Origin: Eledone cirrhosa
Lineage: Eukaryota
DNA length: 64,000 nucleotides
Reading direction: 5' to 3'
Assembly (NCBI GenBank): GCA_964016885.1
Contig: OZ024742.1
Coordinates: 95,852,001 to 95,916,000 of the forward strand
Shown: positions 53,521 through 64,000 of the stretch, piece by piece
How positions within the stretch are numbered: position 1 is the first letter of the stretch
Layout of the letters: each line of letters begins with the position of its first letter
Translations under genes and position numbers: made by a program
Notes under the pieces: generated by a model
Seen by the model: the letters and a program-made list of their open reading frames with translations, nothing else
Told to the model about the DNA's origin: nothing
The model's database searches: none

Positions 53521-54149
53521 TGATCATCATACATATACACACTGACAAATCCTGTTAGACAATATTTCAACAGAAGAGAAGAAACGTTTTCTCATAAGAA
53601 AATTCAAATAATCGTTGTTTAACTATTTTTCTCTACTGAATACATTCAAATTAGAAACAAGTGTAGCATGTGTAACCTGGGACTGCAGCAGCAAAGAATG
53701 GCACCTAAAATTAAGCATACAACACAACCAGCCTGTTATATGAAGGATTTTTCAAATTTATGTACTGTAATCACATAACGTTAATATTATGTATAGTTAT
53801 ATATTTAATTATATTGAGAAACAACATAAACTAGGCATATAGTTATTGAAATATATATCAAATTAAAATTGCTTCACTCTGATAGTGGCTAAATGTGTTT
53901 AAGAATTTGCTTCACAATCATATATACACAGAATGTGCACACACACATTTATATTATAGTTGCATGCATCTTATACATATACAATCACACATATACGCAC
54001 ATGCACTCAAGCACTCACAGATACACAGTAACTACAATTAGAGAGCTTATTTAGCCTTAATCTCTCTACAGAATATGCCGTGGCTCACATTGAAGAAACA
54101 AGGAATAATCTGGTAACCCCTTTCCATTCACATCATCTTAGACACAGAA

Positions 54150-54470
54150 ACCACACAAATACATACATTCACACCATATGCATACACAAATGCCATACAT
54201 ACAAGCCCACCTATTCCATTTACACACATACTGCACAAATACATACATATATACATTCACACCATATGCATACACACATGCCCACCAATTCCATATACAC
54301 ACATACCACACAAATACATATATACATACATATACACCATATGCATACATAAATGCCATACACAGAAGCCCACCTATTCCATAAACACACATACTGCACA
54401 AATACATACATACACAATATATGCATACACAAATGCCATACACACAAACGAACCTATTCCATAAACACAC
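54150..54470. repeat. CA-rich minisatellite, about 4 imperfect units of 65-90 bp
   Basis: Repeated 'caccatatgcatacacaaatgccatac...cctattccat'. Confidence 0.8.
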
Positions 54471-54570
54471 TACACTTGTACACAATAGCACGTGTACATG
54501 TCACACACAAATACATTTTCACTTTACTCTCATTAATCACAAAAACGAATTTGTAACTGCTGCTAATACA

Positions 54571-54603
<33 letters not shown>

Positions 54604-55559
54604 AGTGGTGGTTGTGGTATAAGTGGCAGTGCTGGTGCTGGCAATGTTGGTGGTGGTGGTGGTATTGTTGCTGTTACTGTTGTTGGTGCTGGTGGTACTG
54701 AGGATAGTAATAATGATGTTAGTGGTATAATGATGATAACAATGCTGATGATTATGATGAATATATTCATAATAATAATAATGGTGATGATGATGATTAT
54801 TGTGTCACTAACAGCAGAGTTTAAATCAATTTTCAAAAGACTATTATTCCATATTAACTGACATCAAACTAAACCACTTAATGCCACACAATGTTTGAGA
54901 CAAACACCAGATCCTGGTGATTGATTTTTCCTTGATTTCATTAAGAATTTGCATCTTCCGTTAGAAACTATTAGAAGCAGAAATTGGTGTATGGAACCAA
55001 GTCTATAATTGGGTGTTTATGTGTCTTTTATTTTCTGTCGATCTGCATACTTTTGCTAAAGGAACTCTGATGACACTAATAATGATTTAGGTGTAACTAT
55101 GATTGTGTATATGAATATCTGCACAGATATATTCATATGTGTGTGTTTGTGTATGACTATGTGTGTATGTATGTAAATATATATATATATTGGTTATATT
55201 GGTTTCCATTTGTACATATGCATAAGTATATCCATTAATTGAACATAAACAAATCTATACTTAAACATTGTTATCCACAAACACAAGCAAATACAATCTA
55301 AAAACTTGTATTCAGTTTCAGTAACCTGAACCAATCTGGAACATAATCTATCCTGACGAAGAACTTTCGTTTGGTCCTATCTAGGCTGGTTGCACTAATG
55401 TTATTGTGATCAACTCTTTTAAGACAATGAACATTCTTTTGTTAGGATAACTTAGGTTAAAATCATATACATTCTCTATTATTTTGCATTGAGTACTCAT
55501 TTAAAAGCTTCACCATTACTCTCATATTAAGTAAAACCATCAGTTAGTTGCCTCATAGT

Positions 55560-57560
55560 TCCATTGAACAGTAAGGAGAACTCATTACCCCAGAAGATGG
55601 ACTGGGAGATTCATTAGAATATCCATACCAACTTGTGGGGTTTGCTGCTGCAAGTGACCAACTCTGCCCCAATAGTATTGAGTAGAGAAGTGATGTGGGG
55701 ACCAAGAATGTTGGAACTCTCCAATGTTATAGGTTTGATGATATGACAAACTTATTAGAGAGTGTTCGATACATACTATGACTTCAGCTTCAAAAGCAGC
55801 AAAGTCTGAGTTAGTTGCTGAATGTGTCAGGTAGCTGATAGAGGAGGTATCATTGTATGTATCATTCCCATTGTGGAATGGGAAGATCATGAAGCTCTCT
55901 GGCCTTTTGCTGTCCTCTCAGTCCACCTCTGCTAGCTTTAGCTTAGAAGTGAAACCTGCAGCAATAAAGTCATACTTTATAATTTCAATGAGTGCAGCAT
56001 GGCATGGGAGGTAGATGGTGCTGTAGTTGCATGATAGTGGTTTAAGCTGAAAGAGTCCACAATGGTTCAACAACAGCATTTGTGTGCTTTGCAGATCTGG
56101 AGGATGAACTTCAGTGAAACACTAATATGCAAACAGTCACTGTCCAGCTGATAGTTGTTTGATAATGAAGGTATGAAATTAAGCCAGGCATCTCTATTGT
56201 GTTGGAAGGCTGAGAAAAGATATGCGCGATGGTTCTGGTCAAGCTGGCACACAAGCCAATTCAAGGCCATGTCGTACTGGATGCCATCCCATCTGCTTTG
56301 GGTGATTGGAGCTCTATAGAGAGGGAAAGGTCTGGAAATCTGCAGAGTGAAGCCTGTGCTGGTTCCAGGTCTCATAAGCTGTCTAGTATACCCAGATCAT
56401 AGTAGATTCCATTGTGTTGTGAAGAGCCTTGTTGATGAGGAGATGGCAGGAAGTTGCTAATGAAAGAAATCCCGGCAATACTGATGAGACTGGAGATTAG
56501 AGACTGAGGCCACCTTATCTGACTGGTAAGGTGGCTTGTTGCCACCTAGGTAAGGTCGCTTGTTGCTTCAAGATACATGAAGAGAAATGTGTGGCTGTAG
56601 CAAGGGACACTGCAGAAGGTTTATAGAAGCAATTTCTCAACAGGAAAAGGTCTGAATGTGCATTGATCAGGTTCAATCAGTTCAAAGCATGAACCTGAGA
56701 GTGGAAGAGATGGCAGGCACAGGAGGATCAGTGAATTGACGATGAAAACATTTCCCTTTGGGGTCACCTGCACTTGGTGGAATTGAATTTATGTTCATGA
56801 CATTTTCATGAGTTTTTCTTGAGGTGATCCTCAGCTGAGCAGGAACTATCAATTATTGAATCATCCATGTCCCAGATGTTGATATGAGTCATGATGCTGC
56901 AAGAAATGTTGTCTCCCCAAGTGGGAAGCAGAGGGTGCCCAGTCGATTTCCCTGTTCAATACTGGTTGAAGATGATATGACCTTATCTACAGTGAGTTTG
57001 ACTTAACTCTATACTACTGGCAGCTTGAAGACAAAAACATATTGAAATCACTGGGTGCATTTGAGAAAAATAAAACTTTGGAGAATAGAATTTAAGGCTG
57101 GATCATTTAGTGGTGCTGATAAGTCAGCAACAGCTAAAGGATGTTGGCATCTCATTTGTGTTATTAATCTCAGTGGAATCTAGCAACATTGAGTATATGC
57201 ATCAGCATCCTAATGGCATCAATGCGTCCAGGTAGGCCTTTTGTTCAGTGTGTCTTGTGTTGCTGGTAGGCAGAATGTTCTAATGATATTTATGGTGATT
57301 TAGTGGGGTTCTAATGTTAGTATATTTTCATGGTGTGTGTGCTGGTTCAAGCTGTCTTATCTACACCAACACACAAGCAAAAGGGAACTATGGTTTTCTA
57401 AGTGGAATTTCAGGGACCAATGATTTGAAGATGGCTAAGTGAGTGCTTTTCCAGTTGCAGCAAAACATTACATCAGTTTTCTTGTTGATGGACATTGCAG
57501 GTTGTTGTAGTATTATACAATCTCCTACTGACTTATCAACACCCAACATGACCTAACTCA
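55560..57560 (-). pseudogene. Decayed CRE-like non-LTR retrotransposon (RT plus restriction-like endonuclease)
   Basis: Fragments SIEQGNRLG (QQGDPLG-like), IWDMDD, DAWLNFIPS...LDSDCLHISVSLKF..ICKAHKCCC, KRPE..IFPF..G..DT...SY...SA...AA..AE. Confidence 0.7.
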
Positions 57561-57670
57561 ACCAATGAAAACCCTTAGCAGCATAGCCTCAAAATATATT
57601 CTCCATCTTTTTTACTTTTCTCAAATCCTATTGATTTATATATCTTTGTCATGAAACTACAAATTTATGT

Positions 57671-57730
<60 letters not shown>

Positions 57731-57874
57731 TACGTATGTATATATACATATGTGCATATATATATATACATATGTACATATGCCCATATATATATATATA
57801 TATATATATACATTTGCACATATATATACATATGTACATATGCACATATATATATTCATATGTACATATGCATT

Positions 57875-58765
57875 TGGTTGGAAAAAGTTCAGAGAGCTTA
57901 TACCACTATTAGCTGCTAAAGGGTTCTCACTAAAAATGAAAGGCAGGTTGTACGATGCCTGCATACGAACAGCAATGCTGCATGGCAGTGAGACCTGGGC
58001 ATTGTGTGCAGAGGATATACGCAGACTAGAGAGGAACGAAGCTTGCATGCTCCGCTGGATGTGTAACAGTAATATACGTGAACGGCAAAGCATAAACGAA
58101 CTAAGGAAAAAATTAGAGATAAGAGGGATCAGATGTTGTTTACTCGAGAGAAGGCTACGTTGGTATGGACACGTGATGCGCATGAAAGTCGATAGCTGTA
58201 TAACAAAGTGCAGGGCAATAAAGATAGACGGTAGTCACGGAATAGGCAGACCTAGAAAAACCTGGGACGAGCTGATAAACTCCGACATCACACACTTACA
58301 CCTCTCCAAGACAATGTCACTGGACCGAGACCTTTGGCGGTACTCAGTAACAGAGAAGACCCGCCTTACCTAAATATATAGTAAAACCTACTCCAGCCAG
58401 TAGGCATCTCTAACAAAATACACCCCGTCCCACCACCACCACCCCCACCCGATCCACACCACCCCGTTCTATGTAAAGTTATGTTGGTGCCGCGCCATCG
58501 AGGCCGAAACAAATGAGATCGTGTAGGTGTCACGACAAAAAAACACACAGTCCACGCTGTAATGTGGCCGTGTAGGCAACACGGTAAAAACCTCCCAGAC
58601 CCACACTGTAAATGTGGTTGGTGTTAGGAAGGGCATCCAACTGTAGAAAACCTGCCAGACAGTCCTATGCGAGCAAGACAATCACTCTTGCCTCAAGTGG
58701 GACTACCCCCGTCCAAACCCATGCAAGCGTGGAACACGGACGTTAAACGTTGATGATGATGATGA

Positions 58766-58769
<4 letters not shown>
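57875..58769 (+). mobile_element. 5'-truncated RTE LINE with GAT tail, inserted in TA-rich tract
   Basis: Paralogous to 3418-4243. Confidence 0.92.
57876..58373 (+). CDS. RTE LINE ORF2 C-terminal fragment
   Basis: [12 protein letters not shown]...MLHGSETW...RRLRWYGHV...GRPRKTW; the ORF-track N-terminus is microsatellite. Confidence 0.9.
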   Translation, partial: GWKKFRELIPLLAAKGFSLKMKGRLYDACIRTAMLHGSETWALCAEDIRRLERNEACMLRWMCNSNIRERQSINELRKKLEIRGIRCCLLERRLRWYGHVMRMKVDSCITKCRAIKIDGSHGIGRPRKTWDELINSDITHLHLSKTMSLDRDLWRYSVTEKTRLT

Positions 58770-58807
<38 letters not shown>

Positions 58808-58819
58808 GTACATATATAT

Positions 58820-59248
58820 ATATAACTGAACAAAAAGGAAAAACAAACACAGACATATATGTGTTCAAATCGTAATGGACCAAAATCACTAAGGTGAAAA
58901 AAATACTAACTACAGACAATAGGTTTTGCTAGACTCAATTTAAGAATAAATTAAGAAAAATAAATACTAACTAGTATTGTGGTAACTACCATCACCCAAA
59001 CCATACTGGTTTGTATTTATTTTTCTTAATTTATTTTTAAATTGAGTCTAGCAAACCCTATTGTCTGTAGTTAGTATTTTTTCCACCTTACGATTTTGGT
59101 CCATTACGATTTGAACACATATATGTATATATATCTGTGTTCGTTTTTCCTTTTTGTTCAGTTATATACGGCTCGGAAAAATCTTTTTCCTAGAGCTAAT
59201 TTACTGTAAAGAGAATATTTTGAGTTTCTAACTCAATACATGCTTTTG
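58820..59248. repeat. Fold-back insert (arms 58820-58967 / 59013-59168) with unique 80-bp extension
   Basis: Arms are reverse complements with few mismatches; TA flanks. Confidence 0.9.
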
Positions 59249-59274
59249 ATATATATATATATCTACTGCTACCC

Positions 59275-59617
59275 TATCCTCCCACTCCCACCAACACCAC
59301 TCTCTCTCTGTAAAGTTGGTACCACAACATCCAGTCCAAATAAATGTGATAATCAGATCGAGATCGTGTAGGTGTCACGACAACATAACACAGTCAATGC
59401 TGTAATGTGGCCATGTAGGTAACACGGTAAAAAGTTCCCAGTTCCACACTGTAAATGTGGTTGCTGTTAGGAAGGGCATCCATCCGTAGAAAACCTGCCA
59501 GATAGTCCTATATGAGTGAGACATGGTCACCTGACCGACCTTGCTTCAAGTGGAACAACTCCCGTCTAACCCATGCTAGCGTGGAAGATAGACGTTAAAT
59601 GAAGATGATGATGATGA
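59275..59617 (+). mobile_element. RTE LINE 3' UTR and GAT tail
   Basis: Similar to 58430-58769. Confidence 0.82.
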
Positions 59618-59662
59618 TATATATATATACACATATGTACATATATATATATATGTACACAC

Positions 59663-59693
<31 letters not shown>

Positions 59694-59950
59694 TATATAT
59701 ATGTGTACACACATATATATATATATATATACATATGTACTCATATATATATGTACATATATATATATATATACATATATATACATACATATGTACATAT
59801 ATATATACACATATGTACATATATATATGTACACACATATATATATATATGTACACATATATATATATACATATGTACTCATATATTATATATACATACA
59901 TATCCGGGAGAGATGACCCCTTAGCCTTTGTCAAAGCAGAATTCTAGGAG

Positions 59951-61273
59951 AAGGAAAACTCTGATATAACACCTGCAACTCTGATGGTATCCAATGATGT
60001 TGACTTGTTCTTCTTTTTGGTAAATATCATCTTGGTTAAGAGAGTGGGACTGGCTTTGTGCAGTGCCTTTGCGCACAGGCATTGCTTTATATCTGGAGAT
60101 CTCTCTGCACTTGTCGTCACATGGTACCATGGGCCTAGCACTATGTGTCAATAATTGTCACAAGTGTAGTGTTTGTACCAGAGTTTTCAAGTCGCTGGCT
60201 GGACTAAAGTCACATTCGTTCAGCGCATCGGTAGGAGTTCTCCTACATGGATATAAAGTAGTGGCCGTACTCGAAAACGAGTTGGCAGCCACCATATATA
60301 CATATAATAAAAATACATATGCTATTATTAAAATATATATAGATATTTAAATATTTAACCCACTACAATATTATAATAAGATAAATACTTACAAACATAA
60401 TTCTCCATATAAATATATACATAATATAGGTAAATATTCGAATTTATTTCCCCCAAATTAATGTATATAAGTGGACTACTTTTTCTTTTTCCTTTTTCTT
60501 CTTCTTGTTCCTTTTTCTTTTTTTTTTCTTTCTTTCTCTCTTATTATATATCTAAACTTTCCATAGTGTTTAAAATAATGGTTTTTCAATCATATAACTC
60601 AACCTTATTTACATATTCATTTGCATATTCATCCATAACTTTGAAAAATCCTTTCTATAATCTCACTACCCAAGGAAAATTCAACTGATAGGGTATGGTT
60701 TCCTTGGCTATGTCAAAATTTATAAAACACTCTTTGTATTTTATCTGATGAAAGCGTACCAACATTTTTGGTACCCTTGAAATATATATAATAGAATAAA
60801 TATGGTTTAATAAATATAGTTTCCATTTATTTAATATCATTGTATATATATACATATATATATATATACATATGTGTATATATATATATACACATGTACA
60901 CATATATATGGTGGCTCCCAACTCATTTTCGAGTACAGCCACTACTTTATATCCATATAGGAGAACTCCTACCAATGCGCTGAACAAGTTTGACTTATTA
61001 GTCCAGCCAGCGACTTGAAAACTCTGGTACAAACACTACACTTGTGACAATTATTGACACATAGTGCTGGGCCCATGGTACCATGTGATGACAAATGCAG
61101 AGAGATCTCCAGATATAAAGCAATGCCTGTGCCGTGAAGCTTTTATAGTGAGCCAAGGCACTGCACAAAGCCAGTCCCACTCTCTTAACCAAGATGATAT
61201 TTACCAAAAAGAAGAACAAATCAACATCATTGGATACCATCAGGGTTGCAGGTGTTATATCAGAGTTTTCCTT
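59951..61273. repeat. ~350-bp inverted duplication (59951-60300 / 60903-61273) including a C2H2-like coding remnant
   Basis: Reverse-complement match; HKCSVCTRVFKSLAGLKSH in the plus copy. Confidence 0.88.
60740..60795 (+). ncRNA. Type I hammerhead motif in the spacer insert 60305-60842
   Basis: tttat CTGATGA aag c gtaccaa cattt ttggtac c ctt GAAAT atat ATA ataga. Confidence 0.75.
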
Positions 61274-61382
61274 ATCCTATATATATATATATACATATGT
61301 ACACACATATATATATACATATGTACATATGTACACATATATATATATACATATGTACACATATAAATATATACATATGTAC

Positions 61383-61415
<33 letters not shown>

Positions 61416-61416
61416 C

Positions 61417-61450
<34 letters not shown>

Positions 61451-63700
61451 TCTTTTATTCTTTTACCTGTTCCAGCGATCTGGCTGAGGCCATGCTGGGG
61501 CACCGCCCTTGTTGCTACACATTTTATCTCCAGCCTGTATTGGTCGGCCACTAGTGCCCTTAGGTTTCCCTCGTGCCTTGCTGTGGGCTCATCCGGGATC
61601 CTGGATAGCAAGGTGTCGAGATGTTTCTTGAAGACATCCACATCCACACCATGCAGATCTCTCAGATCCCTCGGCAGCTTGTTGAAGAGTTGAGGGCTAT
61701 TGAACCTCAGGCTATTGCAATATCTGCTCCTTATTCTAGATGTCCTCTTTGACAGTTGGTCCAGCTACCAATGCCAAAGTTTGGTGCTAGTCCCTCCAGT
61801 ATTTCCCACATGTAGATCACTGTGTATCTCTCCCATCTTCATTCCAAGGATTAGAGGTTCAGGTCTTTTAGCTTCTCCCAGTAGCTTATCTCCTTCATCG
61901 CCGCAATCCTCTTGGTGTAGCTTCCCTGGATTGCCTCAAGCTCCGTGGTTAGTTTGGCACTATGGGGTGACCACAATTGGGAGCAATAGTCTAGGAGGCT
62001 TAGGAGAAATGTCCTCCATAGTGTCAACATGGTGTCTCGGTCTCTTGCCTGGAAAGTCCTCAAGATCCAGCCAGCGAGTCGTCTGCACATTGTCACCACT
62101 TTCATGATGTGTGAGGAAAAAGATGCATCATCGCTCATGTCTATACCCAGGTCTCATATTGATTTTGACATGGGGATATCGGTCCCTCCTGGTCCTGCAT
62201 AACTGTGTTGTACTGTATTTGTGTTTGCAGGTTTGTATTGTAGGGTTTGGAATTTGCCAGCATTAAACTGCATGTTGTTGTCTTCTACCCATTTGTATAT
62301 GGCATCCAGATCTTGTTGTAAAAGGGCAGCGACAGTCGGGTTTTTGATTGCTTGTGCTACCTTAGTGTTTTAACAGAAAGAATGGTTGATGTATATATAT
62401 ATTTTAAAGAAGTATTTCATACTTATATACTCCTCCGTCTTAGCAGTATTATATAGATGTAGTATTCCTATTATTACCAGTTTAGCAGAGTTATAGATGT
62501 AGTAATTTAATAGTTATAGTGCCATGAGTAACCAGTTTGGTAGAAAGATAGGATAGGAATATCAACAACGACTTTAACATGTTTTACATTATTTATTAAC
62601 AAAGGTTGAACTGAGTAGAGCTTAGTAGAGCAGGCATGCCAAGAGAAATAAAACAAACTAATTAAGATTTTCAGAAGGCACGGTCTACTGGCTGAAGTGT
62701 TGCCAGGCCGTGGTTAGAGATTTCACGGCGAAAGAAAAATAGTTGTTTACATTTCCACGGTCAGGATGCAAGAGAGAGATTTCTCGAATTGACGCAGGAA
62801 TTTTTCCCTCAGGGCACGTAGAGATACATTCTCCTCCGCTGGCGGTCATTGGCTGGGCTGAGCCAAATAAAGCATGGAGAATGTAGGTCACTACAGTGTC
62901 ATCAGCATAGCTAGTGAGGGATGTTGTTGTATGTACTACAGAGGGTATGTCTGAGAGAGCCACTAAAAAGAGTAGTGGTCCCAGGACTGTGCCTTGGGGC
63001 ACCCCACTTGTTATTGATGTTTCCTTTGCTGCGACTGTCTGGCTTCTGTCCTTTAAGAAGTCGTGCAGACACTCACCTACTTTTCCAGTTATGCTGAGTT
63101 CACGTAGTTTGTGACATATCATTCCGTGGTCGACCTTGTCAGAGGCCTTTCGCAAAGTCAAGATATATCACGTCCAGCAGTTGTTTCAGTACCCAGTCGT
63201 AGTGATATAGCAGCTGTGTAAGGCAGCTTCTTCCCGGGCAAAAGCCATGCTGCGTGCTAGTCAGGCAGTCATTTTCCTCAAGGAAAGTGATCAGTTTCTT
63301 TCTGATGACTCGCTCCATGATCTTACTGATATGAAACATCAGGGAGATTGGCCTATAGGTTTTGGCCTCCGCTCTGCAACCTCCTTTATGGATAGGGCAT
63401 ATTGTGCCTTCTCTCAGCTCCCTGGGTAGTATACCGCTAGCCAAGGAGCTTCTGAAGAGCATCTTCAGTGGAGTTGCTAAGGCCCGCTTACATGTTTTTA
63501 AGAGGACTGCTGGGAATCCATCAGGTCCAGCAGCTGAGTCTATTCTAATTTCATCTATGGCGTGTACCACATCTTCCTCCATTATGTCTATGTGGTTGAT
63601 GGTCGCCATTTCTTCATGTAGTGTTTTGGCATCAAAGAACTCCTCTGACTTTGTTATTTGCTTGTGCCTCAGTGGACATGTGAACACACTTTTCTACTGT
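61451..63700 (-). mobile_element. CR1-group LINE, 5'-truncated and frameshifted, interrupted at YADDT
   Basis: AAGPDGF, YRPISL, QHGF.PGRSCLTQLL, YLDFAK, SGVPQGTVLGPLLF, YADDT, LDYCSQLWSP, FKKHLD; 3' tail ...ggtaaaagaataaaaga. Confidence 0.93.
62366..62895 (-). mobile_element. Probable ~530-bp solo LTR nested in the CR1 RT
   Basis: TGT...ACA termini; splits YADDT|KVAQAI; AGTGT at 62364-62368 and 62895-62899 overlaps the ends. Confidence 0.6.
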
Positions 63701-63729
63701 ATATGTACACATATATATACATATGTATA

Positions 63730-63820
<91 letters not shown>

Positions 63821-63905
63821 AAAAATTGAACAGGGACAGAACAGAGAGGCAGTACGACAAATGTTTATTAGATTCACGCTCAGGAGAGTGGGGGGTAGGT
63901 GGAGG

Positions 63906-63937
63906 ACGACGTTTCGGGCATAAGCCCTTCTTCAGGT
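63906..63937 (-). ncRNA. Minimal hammerhead motif in an insert starting at about 63818
   Basis: Minus: ac CTGAAGA a gggc ttat gccc GAAAC GTC gt; typical minimal Penelope-type arrangement, stem I short. Confidence 0.7.
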
Positions 63938-64000
63938 AAGAGTTCAAAAGGTGTGTAGGGGAGTGGTGGAGAGACATATAGCGAAAGGAAACGGTGCGAA

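Noticed and set aside
55349-55448. Hammerhead-like CTGACGA ... GAAC ... GTT aggata
   Set aside because: Register of stem I and GAAA is broken; only the downstream motif was counted.

Overview
AT-rich, repeat-saturated eukaryotic (animal) DNA. The repeat repertoire (RTE LINEs with (GAT)n tails, tRNA/Meta-type SINEs, CR1 tails, very long (TA)n tracts) looks octopod cephalopod; this is my inference from recognised repeats. I found no convincing host protein-coding gene; most ORFs in the track are microsatellite artefacts. Real coding remnants are transposon-derived: RTE LINEs (one with a PHD-like finger inside the RT), a CR1-group LINE split by a probable solo LTR, a decayed CRE-like LINE, a mariner relic, and a young 5'-truncated Penelope-like element (RT C-terminus plus GIY-YIG). 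The main signal is a population of at least 15 short, mostly unrelated inserts sitting in (TA)n tracts. They carry type I hammerhead-ribozyme motifs, about half with a compensated U3-A8 core (TTGAnAA). Many are fold-back hairpins whose shorter arm ends on an internal TA microhomology, and many share a YATTGAGYRC motif near their 3' end. They are best read as Penelope-like 3' ends or non-autonomous partners; ribozyme activity and mechanism are untested inferences.
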